A DNA stretch of 64,000 nucleotides from Myxococcota bacterium. Lineage in GTDB: Bacteria; Myxococcota_A; UBA796; SXON01. The DNA lies in contig JAZKFH010000076.1 in NCBI GenBank assembly GCA_040386535.1, positions 1 to 64,000 on the forward strand, written 5' to 3'. Positions 46,587 through 56,534 of this stretch are shown here, piece by piece (the first letter of the stretch is position 1; every line of letters starts with the position of its first letter). Both the position numbers and the translations under genes were made by a program. The notes beneath the pieces are model-generated. The model had not been told where the DNA came from and made no database searches. It was given only the letters and a program-made list of their open reading frames with translations.

Positions 46587-48140
46587 CTAGGTGGCGGGGG
46601 TCTCGTCGGCCGCCGGGGTTTCGCCCGGGACGTTGATCATGATCACCGAGATGTTGTCCTTCCCGCCGCCCATGTGCGCGGCGCGGATGAGCTCGCGCGA
46701 CACGATGCGGTTGTCGGGCGTCTGGTTGACGATGGACTCGATCTCGCTGTCCTCGACCTCACCCCAGAGGCCGTCCGAGCACAACAGCAAGCGATCGCCC
46801 TGCTCGAGCTCGACGCGGAAGATGTCGATGTCGACGTTGCGCTCGGTGCCGACGGTCCGCAGCAGGATGTTGGAGTGCGGGTGGTTCCGCGCTTCCTCGG
46901 CCGTGATGCGGTTCTGCTCGACCATGCGGGCGACCAGCGAGTGGTCCCGCGTGATCTGGTGCAGCGTGTTGTTGCGCACCAGGTAGCCGCGCGAATCGCC
47001 GACGTTGGCACAAAGCGCGACCGAGTCGTCGACCACCATGCAGGCCACGAGCGTGGTGCCCATGTCGTTGCCGCGGGCCTCGGCGTTGCCCTTGATGGTG
47101 TTGTTGGCCTCCTGGAAGGCCTCGTCGAGGATGTTCTCGATCGCGTCGACATTGGGGCGGGGGGAGACCTCGACCCGCTGGCGCGCGACCGCGATGAGGG
47201 TCTCGACCGCGAGGCGGCTGGCGACCTCGCCGCAGTCGTGACCACCCATGCCGTCCGCCACGACGAAGATCTCGACGCCGTTGGTCAGCCGGGCCCAGCC
47301 CCAGTTGTCCTCGTTGAGCATGCGCTGCAGCCCCACGTCGGTCATGCCGGCGTGGATGGTGGTGGTGCGGCGCTTGGCGTGGCGGTGGGCCTCCTGCTGG
47401 AGCGCCCGCCCGAACTCGGCGGCGGTGGAGAACAGGCCGCGCTCGGCTTCGAGGAAGAATTCCTGCCAGCCCCGCTCTTCGAGCGCGGTGTAGCGGCGCA
47501 GGATCTCGCCGAGCTCCATGAGGGACTCGCGCGTCTCGTCCGGGGAGAGCGGGGTGTCGGCCACGGCGCTCACGTCGGGATCGAACAGCACGGACTCGCC
47601 GCCGGGGCGGATCATGAAGTTCGAGCGGTGGAGCCAGTTCAGGCGCACGCCGTTGAACGCGAGCATGCCGAGCATGCCGATGGCGCGCTGGGCGAAGGCG
47701 ATCACGCGCTCGATCGGGAGCGGCGCGGCCTCATCGAGCAGCAGGAGCTCGTTGTTGTAGGGCACCACCGAGCAGATCTGCGTCGGGTTCTCTTCCGGGA
47801 AGGGGAACACGTCGCACGGGGCGAGCATGGCAGGGTGGCTGATCTGCTTGTTGAAGAACGCGAGGAAGGGTTCGAACCCGACGCGCTCCCAGCGGCTCGA
47901 GAGGAGGAACTGGCGTGTCGCCAGGGATCCGCCGCACTCGGTGCACCGCTCGACGGTGGTGGGGTTGTCCTCGTTGCCGCATTCCCAGCACCGACGCGTG
48001 GCGCGATCGGGACGATGGTCGTCGACGAGGTAGAACATCCGCCCTTCCGCCAGACGGATCAACCCCTCGACCCGGTAGTAGTCGGAGAGGTTCATGCCCG
48101 GTTGGAAGCTGGGGGGGCGGGCACGGTTGCCGCTGGCCAT
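46587..48140 (-). CDS. PP2C/Stp1 phosphatase with N-terminal Zn ribbon and degenerate kinase-like domain
   Basis: CWECG...CTECG, then TDVG.QR..NED, VADGMGG, NVGDSR, LCSDGL and GG.DNIS. Confidence 0.88.
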   Translation of the reverse strand: MASGNRARPPSFQPGMNLSDYYRVEGLIRLAEGRMFYLVDDHRPDRATRRCWECGNEDNPTTVERCTECGGSLATRQFLLSSRWERVGFEPFLAFFNKQISHPAMLAPCDVFPFPEENPTQICSVVPYNNELLLLDEAAPLPIERVIAFAQRAIGMLGMLAFNGVRLNWLHRSNFMIRPGGESVLFDPDVSAVADTPLSPDETRESLMELGEILRRYTALEERGWQEFFLEAERGLFSTAAEFGRALQQEAHRHAKRRTTTIHAGMTDVGLQRMLNEDNWGWARLTNGVEIFVVADGMGGHDCGEVASRLAVETLIAVARQRVEVSPRPNVDAIENILDEAFQEANNTIKGNAEARGNDMGTTLVACMVVDDSVALCANVGDSRGYLVRNNTLHQITRDHSLVARMVEQNRITAEEARNHPHSNILLRTVGTERNVDIDIFRVELEQGDRLLLCSDGLWGEVEDSEIESIVNQTPDNRIVSRELIRAAHMGGGKDNISVIMINVPGETPAADETPAT

Positions 48141-48291
48141 GCGCGGGGAGTCCTTACCGGTGGGGAGGTCCGGGCCGGGTTCGAGGGAAGCGGGGGCGAG
48201 TGTAGATCGCGGTCGGAAACGAAAGCAAATGCACCCTGCGGCGCTGCGCGCGGACGACTCTATCGCGGTATTGAGACTGCCGGAGAAGACG

Positions 48292-49497
48292 ATGACCTGT
48301 CCCGCGCCCTGGACGCTCGAGCACGAAGACCCCAGCGGGGCCCGCGCCGGCACGCTGAAGCTCGGTCGCGCGCAGGTGACGACCCCCATCTTCATGCCGG
48401 TGGGCACGCAGGCGGCGATCCGCACGGTGTCCCCTTTGCACCTGAAGGATGTCGGCGCGCAGATCATCCTGGCGAACACCTACCACCTGTCCCAGCGCCC
48501 CGGCGAAGACGTGGTGAAGAAGGCCGGCGGCCTGCACAAGTTCATGGCGGTCGATCTGCCGATCCTGACGGATTCCGGCGGGTTCCAGGTGTTCTCGCTC
48601 GACAAGAAGGAGGTCACCGAAGAAGGGGTGGCCTTCAACTACGAGGTGGACGGCAAGGGCACGTTCCTCACCCCCGAGCGCGCGATGCAGATCCAGATGG
48701 ATCTCGGCAGCGACATCGCGATGGTGTTCGACGAGTGCCTTCCATTCGGCGCGGACCGGGCCTACGCCGAACGGAGCGTGGCGCGCACGACCCGCTGGGA
48801 GCGCCGGAGCAAGGTGGCGCACACCCGCGAGGACCAGTCGCTGTTCGGGATCGTGCAGGGCGGGTTCTGGCCGGAGCTGCGCAAGCGCTCGGCCGAGGAG
48901 ATCCAGGAGATCGGATTCGACGGCTACGCGATCGGCGGGCTCTCCGTCGGCGAGGGCCACCAGAACATGTGCGACGTGCTCGACGCCACCGTGCCGCACA
49001 TGTCCAAGGGGCACGCCCGCTACCTGATGGGCGTGGGCCGGCCGCTCGATCTGGTGGAGGGCGTGGCGCGCGGCATCGACATGTTCGACTGCGTGCTCGC
49101 CACCCGGCACGCGCGCAGCGGCACGCTCTACACGTCGGTCGGCCGCATGCGCGTGACCGACGCGCGCTGGCGCAAGGACATGTTCCCGCCGGACACGGCG
49201 TGCGACTGCTACACCTGCAAGACCTTCACCCGCGCCTACCTGCACCACCTGTTCCGCGTGGGCGAGGTGCTCGGCGCCACGCTCTGCACCATCCACAACC
49301 TGCGGTGGTTCGCCAACTTCATGACGGCGATGCGCACGAGCATCCAGGACGGCACGTTCGCGAGCTTCCGCCGCCGCGTGGGCGAGATCTACCCCGAGGA
49401 CACCGAGCCGAAGCCGGTCGCGGCGTACACCTCGCCCGGGCAGAAGGCGCCGGCGAAGCGGCCGGCGGCGGCGCCGGGCAAGCGGCACGGGCGGTAG
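48292..49497 (+). CDS. tgt: tRNA-guanine(34) transglycosylase
   Basis: TPIFMPVGT, ILANTYHL, TDSGGFQ, GGLSVGE, RYLMGVG and the CDC..C...H zinc site. Confidence 0.96.
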   Translation: MTCPAPWTLEHEDPSGARAGTLKLGRAQVTTPIFMPVGTQAAIRTVSPLHLKDVGAQIILANTYHLSQRPGEDVVKKAGGLHKFMAVDLPILTDSGGFQVFSLDKKEVTEEGVAFNYEVDGKGTFLTPERAMQIQMDLGSDIAMVFDECLPFGADRAYAERSVARTTRWERRSKVAHTREDQSLFGIVQGGFWPELRKRSAEEIQEIGFDGYAIGGLSVGEGHQNMCDVLDATVPHMSKGHARYLMGVGRPLDLVEGVARGIDMFDCVLATRHARSGTLYTSVGRMRVTDARWRKDMFPPDTACDCYTCKTFTRAYLHHLFRVGEVLGATLCTIHNLRWFANFMTAMRTSIQDGTFASFRRRVGEIYPEDTEPKPVAAYTSPGQKAPAKRPAAAPGKRHGR

Positions 49498-49522
49498 CGA
49501 CGGGCGAGTCGCGACGGGCGGG

Positions 49523-50317
49523 TCACCAGGCGGCTTGGAGCACCCAGGCCACGACGGCGACGGCCAGCGCGACGAGCAGCACGAGGCGGGGCGCCGGGGT
49601 GGCCGGCGGCGAGGTGCCGGGTGCAGGCGGCGGGGAGACGGGCGCGGTCGAGTCTCCCTCGTGACGCCGCATGATCATCCCTTCGAATCCCTCGATCTGG
49701 GTCGCGGTGTCCTCCCGCTCGGGCAAGAGCTCGCGGCGCGGCTCGGTGGACGGCGGGCGGGGCCGCGGCACGCCTTCGAGCGCGGGGAGCGGATCGAGAG
49801 GCTCGTCGGCCACGAGGCGTTTGAGGGGCTCGCACGGAGCGCCCTGCACGGGGCTGCCCTCGGGCGGGGGTTCACCCTGGGCGTGGGGGTCGCCCAGGGC
49901 GTACGCGTCGATCGGCGCGTGGGTGTGGGCCTCCTGGGCGGCGATCCACGCGAGGACCGAGGTGCGGCGCTGCTCTCCGACGTGGTCGGGTCCCGACGGC
50001 GCACCCTCCGTGTGCTCCCCGGTGCTCGCGCTGGTGGGCGAGTCGAACAGGCCCAGGGCGTCGCCACGATCGGGGCCGACGACCACGCCGACCTCGTCGA
50101 GGGCGGGCGTGTCCAGCCAGACGACCTCGAGCGCCTCCGTGGTGACCGAGTCTGCCATCGGGGTGGCCCAGACGCCGATGCCGTCGATGTGGCCGAGCCA
50201 GTGAGCGCCGGCGGGCGGCGCGTCGATGTGGAGGCGCAGCACGCGGCCGGACTCGTCGCGCACGACCACGGGCACGGGCCCGTCGCGCTCCAGCACCTCG
50301 CAGCGGAGCCGCGCCAT
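49523..50317 (-). CDS. Hypothetical protein with C-terminal TM segment
   Basis: TGATG coupling to the upstream gene, Pro-rich linker and a TM tail. Confidence 0.55.
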   Translation of the reverse strand: MARLRCEVLERDGPVPVVVRDESGRVLRLHIDAPPAGAHWLGHIDGIGVWATPMADSVTTEALEVVWLDTPALDEVGVVVGPDRGDALGLFDSPTSASTGEHTEGAPSGPDHVGEQRRTSVLAWIAAQEAHTHAPIDAYALGDPHAQGEPPPEGSPVQGAPCEPLKRLVADEPLDPLPALEGVPRPRPPSTEPRRELLPEREDTATQIEGFEGMIMRRHEGDSTAPVSPPPAPGTSPPATPAPRLVLLVALAVAVVAWVLQAAW

Positions 50318-50844
50318 CAGTCCGGCTCGAAGTGCGGCGCGTCGGCCGGCACGGGATCGCGGGGGAAGCGGAGGCTCTCGAGTACGATCGCCCAGCCGCG
50401 GAGCGAGCGGTCGAGCGCTCCCGACGGGGTCTGGAGGGTGACGGCGGCGAGGTGGCGGCCGACGTGGGCGAACACGGCGGTGTAGTCCCCCTCGACGAAC
50501 TGCCAGCGCCGCCGCCCGGTGACGGCCCAGGCCTCGTGCCCGTCGACCGCGATCTGGTGCATGTCGGAGCGCGAGTTGACCACGCCGAGCGAGCGGCCCA
50601 TCGAGAGGGCGCGGGCCTCCGCGAGCAGGTCGAGCGGGACGTCGGCCGACGGCGCATCGACCCGGACGAGCTGGATGCTGATCGTGGCGCGCGCGGCCGG
50701 ATCGGCGAGGGTGAACACGTCGTTGCCGAGCCAGCGGCGGTTCTCGGTGATGGACCAGCCGTCGGGCACCACCAGGTCGAACCGCCCGGGCACGCCGGGA
50801 CGCCACGCGGCGGCACATCCGAGCAGCGCCACGAGGGCGATCAT
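50317..50844 (-). CDS. Hypothetical lipoprotein
   Basis: LLGC lipobox and a VPDGW motif. Confidence 0.65.
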   Translation of the reverse strand: MIALVALLGCAAAWRPGVPGRFDLVVPDGWSITENRRWLGNDVFTLADPAARATISIQLVRVDAPSADVPLDLLAEARALSMGRSLGVVNSRSDMHQIAVDGHEAWAVTGRRRWQFVEGDYTAVFAHVGRHLAAVTLQTPSGALDRSLRGWAIVLESLRFPRDPVPADAPHFEPD

Positions 50845-50963
50845 CCGCGCCTCATCGGGCGAACGGCGGGCGAACGGCGGACACGGACGGGGACACGAAG
50901 GGCACGTCCGCATCGTGCCGCGGCGGACCGTTCCTCGCAACGCGCCGGTGGTAGCATCGTCGT

Positions 50964-52580
50964 ATGGCGCGACTCGAATTCTTCCGAGGTCCGTACGCGG
51001 AGGGAGATCTCCCGTTGTTCGTGGCGCGCCTCCGCGAGGGCCGCACCCGCATCGGGCGGGTGGACGACTGCGACGTCGTGCTTCCCGACGACGAGGTGAG
51101 CCGCTCGCACTGCGTGATCGATCCGCAACACGGGGGCTGGACCCTGCTGGACCGGTCGAGCAACGGCACGTTCCGCAACGGCGAACGGGTAGCCCGTTGC
51201 GACCTGGAGCACGGCGACCTGTTGCGCTTCGGGCCGTTCACCGCGCGGGTCGATCTGCACACCGACGTGCTCGCCGCGCCCACCGAGGAGGCGCAGACCG
51301 AGCCGCGTGCGGAGGAGATCGTGGGGAGCGGCGGCGGCCAGCTCACCATCGCCGAGGCATGGCTCACCATCGCGAGCGGGCCCGGCGAGGGCCGGCGGTT
51401 CCGGCTGCGCGGGGGGCGCGTGGCGGTGGGCGGGTTCGGCAGCCGCGTGGTGCTGCCCGACGCCGGGCTGGTCAAGGATCACGTCCGCGTGCGCCTCCTG
51501 AACGGACGCACGATGATCGAGCCGGGCCTGGGCGCCGCGTTCCTCGGCCCGTCCCGCATCCGCGACATCCTCCCGGTGTTCGCGGGCGAGGAGATCCGGA
51601 TCGGGAACACCGAGTTCATCGTCGAGTGGGACGTGCGCGAGGACGCGCCGATGGCCGACCGGTTCGGCGAGATGGTGGGCGTGTCCGACCCGATGCGGCG
51701 TGCGTTCGGTATGTTGCGACGGATGGCGGCGCACCACGCGCCGGTGCTGCTGATCGGCGAGTCGGGCACGGGCAAGGAGCTCGCCGCGCGCGCCCTGCAC
51801 GACGCGAGCCCACGCGCCGGGCGGCCGTTCGTGGCGCTCAACTGCGGCGCCATCACCGCGACGCTGTTCGAGTCGGAGCTGTTCGGGCACGAGAAGGGCG
51901 CCTTCACCGGCGCGAGCGAGCGGCGCGACGGCGCGTTCCAGCGTGCGGACGCCGGCACGTTGTTCCTCGACGAGGTCGGGGAGCTGCCCGAGGAGGCGCA
52001 GAGCAAGCTCTTGCGCTCGCTGGAGAGCGGCGAGGTGCGGCGCGTGGGCGGGAGCGAGCCGACGTTCCCCGACGTGCGGGTCATCGCCGCGACCAACCGC
52101 AGCCTGATGGAGGACGCGAAGACCGGGAGCTTCCGCAGCGACCTGTACTTCCGCCTCGCCGTGCTCGCCGTGCGCCTGCCGCCCCTGCGCGAGCGGCCCG
52201 AGGACATCCCCGTCGTGGCGGAGACCCTGGCGCGCCGCATCTCGCCGGAGATCACGCTCTCGCCGGACGCGCACGAGGCGCTCCGGTCCTACCCGTGGCC
52301 GGGCAACGCGCGCGAGATGCGCAACGTGTTGACACGCGCGTTCGTGCTCTACGGCCCCGCCATCGACGCCGCGAGCCTCGTGTTCAACCCCCTGGAGCGG
52401 GACAGCGGCACGGCCGCGGTGTGGACGAACCGCAACGCGATCGAGGAGGCCGAACGCGAGGTGGTGGTCGACGCGTTGCGCAAAGCGAACGGGAACCGGT
52501 CGCAGGCGGCGCGGATGTTGGGCGTGGCGCGCTCCAGCCTGCTGTACAAGTTGCGGCGGTGGGGGCTGGAGGACTCCTGA
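50964..52580 (+). CDS. Sigma54 enhancer-binding protein with two FHA(-like) domains
   Basis: IGR...VSRSH...SSNGT, GESGTGKE, GAFTGA, LDEVGE, WPGN.RE and a Fis-type HTH. Confidence 0.93.
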   Translation: MARLEFFRGPYAEGDLPLFVARLREGRTRIGRVDDCDVVLPDDEVSRSHCVIDPQHGGWTLLDRSSNGTFRNGERVARCDLEHGDLLRFGPFTARVDLHTDVLAAPTEEAQTEPRAEEIVGSGGGQLTIAEAWLTIASGPGEGRRFRLRGGRVAVGGFGSRVVLPDAGLVKDHVRVRLLNGRTMIEPGLGAAFLGPSRIRDILPVFAGEEIRIGNTEFIVEWDVREDAPMADRFGEMVGVSDPMRRAFGMLRRMAAHHAPVLLIGESGTGKELAARALHDASPRAGRPFVALNCGAITATLFESELFGHEKGAFTGASERRDGAFQRADAGTLFLDEVGELPEEAQSKLLRSLESGEVRRVGGSEPTFPDVRVIAATNRSLMEDAKTGSFRSDLYFRLAVLAVRLPPLRERPEDIPVVAETLARRISPEITLSPDAHEALRSYPWPGNAREMRNVLTRAFVLYGPAIDAASLVFNPLERDSGTAAVWTNRNAIEEAEREVVVDALRKANGNRSQAARMLGVARSSLLYKLRRWGLEDS

Positions 52581-52600
52581 GTCGGAAGGGGAACGCGGCG

Positions 52601-53254
52601 TCACACCCCCATCTCTCCGCGGCTCCCGAGCGACACCCAGCGGCCGCCGCCGACGACGAGGTGGTCGCGCACGGTGACGCCGAGGACCTTGCCGGCCGAG
52701 GCGACGATGCGGGTGGCGCGCACGTCCTCGACGGAGGGTTCGGGGTCGCCGCTGGGGTGGTTGTGGCCGAGGATGACGTAGACGGCGCCGAGCTCGACGG
52801 CGGGACGGAGGATCTGGCGGGGGTCGACGACGGTGGCGGCGTCGCTCCCGGTGGTCAGGCGGCGGTAGGCGAGCGGGCGGCCGCGGCGGTCGAGGTAGAG
52901 GGCGTGGAGCTCCTCGTGGTCGAGGCCCTCGAGCGCGGGGGTGAACCACGTGGCCGCGTCGGTGGCGTCGGCGATGGCGGTGAGCGTGGGCGGGGCGTCG
53001 GCACGGGCACGTTGCCCGAGCATCATGCCCGCGTGGAGCCGCACGGCGCGGGCCGGACCCATGCCCCGCACCGCCGCGAGCGCGGCCGGAGGCGCCGTCG
53101 CGACGCCACGCAGCCCGCCGAACCGATCGAGCAGGTCGGTGGCGATGGCCCGCGCCGTGCGCCCGCCCGCGCCGGTGCCGAGCACCAACGCCACCAGATC
53201 CGAGGCCCCCGCGCCATCGGCGCCCGCGAGCAGATACCGTTCCCTCGGTCGCAT
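52601..53254 (-). CDS. radC: RadC family JAB-domain protein
   Basis: RPRER, HhH motif GMGPA, HNHPSGDPEPS.ED and DHLVVG, with a GGAGG RBS. Confidence 0.93.
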   Translation of the reverse strand: MRPRERYLLAGADGAGASDLVALVLGTGAGGRTARAIATDLLDRFGGLRGVATAPPAALAAVRGMGPARAVRLHAGMMLGQRARADAPPTLTAIADATDAATWFTPALEGLDHEELHALYLDRRGRPLAYRRLTTGSDAATVVDPRQILRPAVELGAVYVILGHNHPSGDPEPSVEDVRATRIVASAGKVLGVTVRDHLVVGGGRWVSLGSRGEMGV

Positions 53255-53276
53255 CGGACCTCCCGGCGGCGGCCCG

Positions 53277-53292
53277 AGCACGGCGCGTGCCA
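53277..53292 (-). promoter_or_regulatory. Sigma54 (-24/-12) promoter upstream of radC
   Basis: TGGCAC-GCGCC-GTGCT, 22 nt upstream of the ATG. Confidence 0.7.
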
Positions 53293-53620
53293 ACGCCAGG
53301 TGGCTGATATTGTTGGGGTGGGGTGACGGAGGTCCGTCGGCAGGTGACGGACGTCGGTCAGGGTGGGGGCGTCAAGGGGGGGCGTCGACGGGAGTTGGGC
53401 AGACGGACCGAGCGCGGACGCTCGGCCGCTGCGGGGCGGGGTGGGCGGGTCGCGCGCTGCGGGCTCGCTGGCGTGGAGGGGCCGGGGGCCGCCAGGGCGA
53501 CCCGACAGAGTTCGTTGGGTCGGTTTGTGGGGCCGCGCGCCGCGGGCTCGCGGCGTGGAGGGGGCGAATGGGGGGCGGCGGGAGATTTTTTTGATCGCGG
53601 GAGGGGCCGCCGGCGCGTAG

Positions 53621-54490
53621 GCGACAGATGGGGACTCGCGACCGGCGGTGAGGGTGTGGCGGTGAGCGCGACCCGACAGAACGGGGCTCACGACCGGGAG
53701 GGAGGTGCGGTGTGTCGGGTCCCGGAGGGTTGGGTGGGGGCGGGCGGAGGGGTGCGGGGTCGACCGTGAGCTGGACCGGCGGACCGTGCGCGGGCCCTCC
53801 GTCGCGGGGGCGAGGACGAGCGCGCCGGGGCGTGGACGCCGCGAACGCGGGCTGCGGGAGTGCCGAGCGCTCCGCCGAGCGCGCCGCGCGCCGCGGCGGG
53901 GAGGCAGCGAGCGGGGGCGGCGTGACTTTTTTCGAACGCGGGTGTGGTCGTCAGCACGACCCGACAGAAACCGCCTCACGACCGGCAGTGAGGCGCGTTC
54001 TGTCGGGTCCGGGAGGCCCAGGTGGGGCATCGGGGCGTGGGCGTGGGCGTGGCGCACGGCGGAATGCGCGAAAAGCTGGCGTTGGCGCGTTCGTGGGCGG
54101 GGGCGGGGCGGGTTCGCGCGCTGAGGTGGACCGTGACGACCCGACAAAACGGGGCTCACGACCGGCAGTGACGCCCGTTCTGTCGGGTCCCGGAGGCCCG
54201 GGTGGGGCTTCGGGGCGCGGTCGGGGGCGTGGCGCGCGGCCGGCGCGTGAAAAGCGGGCGTTGGCTCGTGTGGGTACGGTGGTGCGGCGGCCTGGCGGGC
54301 GGACGTGGACCGTGACGACCCGACAGAACGGGGCTCACGACCGGCAGTGAGGGCCTTTCTGTCGGGTCCCGGAGGCCCGGGTGGGGCACGGGGGCCCGGG
54401 CGGGGGGGTGGCGCCGGGCGCAACGCGCGAAAAGCTTGCGTTGGCACGTTCGCGGGTGGTGGCGCGGCGGACGTGGGCCGGTCGGGGCTC
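53621..54490. repeat. Array of ~70-bp hairpin repeats with ~180-bp period
   Basis: Cores CGACCCGACAGAAC...CTCACGACCGG...TGTCGGGTCCCGGAGG at 53669, 53957, 54137 and 54316. Degenerate copies at ~53498 and ~53621. Confidence 0.9.
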
Positions 54491-54699
54491 GGCACCGCCA
54501 CTTGGCGGCCTCCGCCGCGCCCGCGCCAAGGGCGCGGAGGGCAGCCGCCCCTGGCGGCTGGTCCGGCCGGGCGGTCCGGATGCAAAACCGGGCGTCAATG
54601 CCGCTTTGCCCGGCCGACCAAGCGGCTCCGCCGCGCGCCCGGAGCCGACCTGCCCGCGTCCGCGCGGGGCGCCCCTCAGGTGAACGGCCATGAGCTGTG

Positions 54700-55599
54700 T
54701 CAGTCGCCGTCGAACCGCACGAGCTGCACGTTCACCAGCGCCACGACCTCGGCGGGCTCGGACGCCGCCACGACGGCGCGCACCTGGCGGAAGTAGGCGC
54801 GGTGCAGCTCCTCGATGCGGGCGAGATCGGCGCGCGACACCGACACGACGTTGTAGCTGAACACGCCGCCGACGCCGCCGGCGGCGACGCGCTCCAGGCC
54901 GACACGCGCCCAGTGCTCGCGGAGCGCGGGGAACGCGCGCGTGTCGACGGTGAGGGTGCCGGTCACCTTGCCGTCGCGGACGAGGCCCGCGCGCACGAGC
55001 TTCTCCAGGCACCGCGCGGCGTCGGCCTCGGGGATGCCGAGCGTGGCGGCGACCGCGGCGGGCGCGCAGGTGCCGGTTTCGATCACGCGGAGCACCGCTT
55101 CGGTCCACGGCTCGTCGAACGCGAGGCGGCGGGAGGCCTCACGCGCGGCGTGCGCCTCGGCGAGGGCGGGGATTTGCGCGATGGGGACGAGCTCGGCGAG
55201 CAGGTCCGACACGCGCCCGGTGAGGGCCGCGACGAGCCGGAGCCAGTCCGGGAGCCGCGGCCGCGCCCCGCCCGACAACCAGCGCCCGACCGCGAACCGG
55301 GAGCGCTCCGTGCGCGCCGCGATCTCGACGATGCCGACGCGGCCACGCACCTCCTCGAGCCACGCGGGCAGCCCCCGCGCGAGCGCCGGCGCCGCGATGG
55401 GGTGGAAGCGGTGGAAGGCGCCGGGGACGTCGATGCCGACTCGCTCGCAGGCGCGCAGCACCTCCTCCGCGGTGGGGAAGCGGCGCCCGGACTCCCAGTC
55501 CGCCACGGGGTTACCGCGGTACCCGAGCCGGCGCGAGAACGCGACCTGGGAGCGGGCTCCACGCAGGGCGCGGAGGAACTGGCGGGCGGCGAGCTCCAT
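54700..55599 (-). CDS. Double XRE-HTH plus DUF4423-like DNA-binding protein
   Basis: SQVAFSRRLG...WESGRRFP, a second HTH (VGRWLSG) and C-terminal FSYNVVSVS. Confidence 0.75.
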   Translation of the reverse strand: MELAARQFLRALRGARSQVAFSRRLGYRGNPVADWESGRRFPTAEEVLRACERVGIDVPGAFHRFHPIAAPALARGLPAWLEEVRGRVGIVEIAARTERSRFAVGRWLSGGARPRLPDWLRLVAALTGRVSDLLAELVPIAQIPALAEAHAAREASRRLAFDEPWTEAVLRVIETGTCAPAAVAATLGIPEADAARCLEKLVRAGLVRDGKVTGTLTVDTRAFPALREHWARVGLERVAAGGVGGVFSYNVVSVSRADLARIEELHRAYFRQVRAVVAASEPAEVVALVNVQLVRFDGD

Positions 55600-55701
55600 G
55601 TCGGATTCGCACAGGGTGCCACAGATCCGGGCGCCGGTATGTGCGAAGGCGAGGTTGCCCGCGGGGGTCCGCACGGGAATGTTGCCGGGGTGGAGGTGCT
55701 C

Positions 55702-56349
55702 GTGGCGCTGCTTCTCGGATGGATGCTCGTCGGGTGTGGCGGGCAATCGGGCAACGAGGGGAGCCTCACGATCCTGTGCGAGGAGGCGTCGCGCGAGACG
55801 GCCGCGCTCGACACGCTCCCCGAGGACTTCCTGGCCACACCGCGGGAGGCGCGCGCGGTGGCGCTGGGGACGTGGCTCGGCACGTTCGAGGTGCCCGGGG
55901 CCGCCACGCCCACGTCCCTCTCCATGGAAGTGACCGAAGGAGACGCGCCCATCGAGCTCGTGCACACCCTCCGCGTGCGGTCGAGCAGCGACGACACCGG
56001 TCCCGAACGGTTCGTCTCGGACTCCTGCCCGCCCCGCTACGAGATCCCCACGCTCATGCACCTCGTCGAGGCGGGCGGGCTGCTGGACGAGGTGCTGGAC
56101 GTCACGCTCTTCGTCGAGACCTACGAACCCCCCTACTTCCACCTCGACGTGCCCCTGGAGGACATCGTCGGCACCGCGGTTCCGCCGTGGGACGCCGAGG
56201 AGTGGGAGACGACCGAGTTGAAGCTGCAGGTCGCCTGGAGCTCGCGGGACAGGGTCGTCGGGACCGGGGCGTGGGTGTCCGAGCGCGAGGGGATCTTCCG
56301 GTCGCGGTACACGACCGAGGATTTTGGATCGTTCCGGCTGGAACGGTAG
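55702..56349 (+). CDS. Hypothetical lipoprotein
   Basis: LVGC lipobox and GGAGG RBS. Start is uncertain (55690-55702). Confidence 0.65.
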   Translation: MALLLGWMLVGCGGQSGNEGSLTILCEEASRETAALDTLPEDFLATPREARAVALGTWLGTFEVPGAATPTSLSMEVTEGDAPIELVHTLRVRSSSDDTGPERFVSDSCPPRYEIPTLMHLVEAGGLLDEVLDVTLFVETYEPPYFHLDVPLEDIVGTAVPPWDAEEWETTELKLQVAWSSRDRVVGTGAWVSEREGIFRSRYTTEDFGSFRLER

Positions 56350-56394
56350 GCGCTGCGGGGGCGGCGGCTCGAGGACGGCGCGTCGGTGGGCCGT

Positions 56395-56479
56395 AGGTGG
56401 TAAGTCGTAAGGTCAGACCCCCATCGGCGAGAGCCGGCGTTCGCTCGTCGCAGGTGGTAAGTCGTAAGGTCAGACCCCC
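56395..56479. repeat. Two exact 28-bp direct repeats, 29-bp spacer
   Basis: AGGTGGTAAGTCGTAAGGTCAGACCCCC at 56395 and 56452. Confidence 0.9.
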
Positions 56480-56534
56480 CCTCCCGCCGCCCCCGCGGAA
56501 TCTTCCGGAGAGGTGGCGCGATAGACGTCCGGCG

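Noticed and set aside
48292..49497. DNA-modifying DpdA or queuine-salvage TGT
   Set aside because: It has canonical bacterial TGT motifs (DEC, GLSVGE) and no dpd neighbours.
53621..54490. CRISPR array or integron attC cassettes
   Set aside because: Repeats and linkers are too long, linkers are mutually similar, and there are no RYYYAAC/GTTRRRY ends, cassette ORFs or integrase.
53023..54585. Pro/Arg-rich repeat ORFs
   Set aside because: These are translations of the non-coding array and lack coding-type codon bias.
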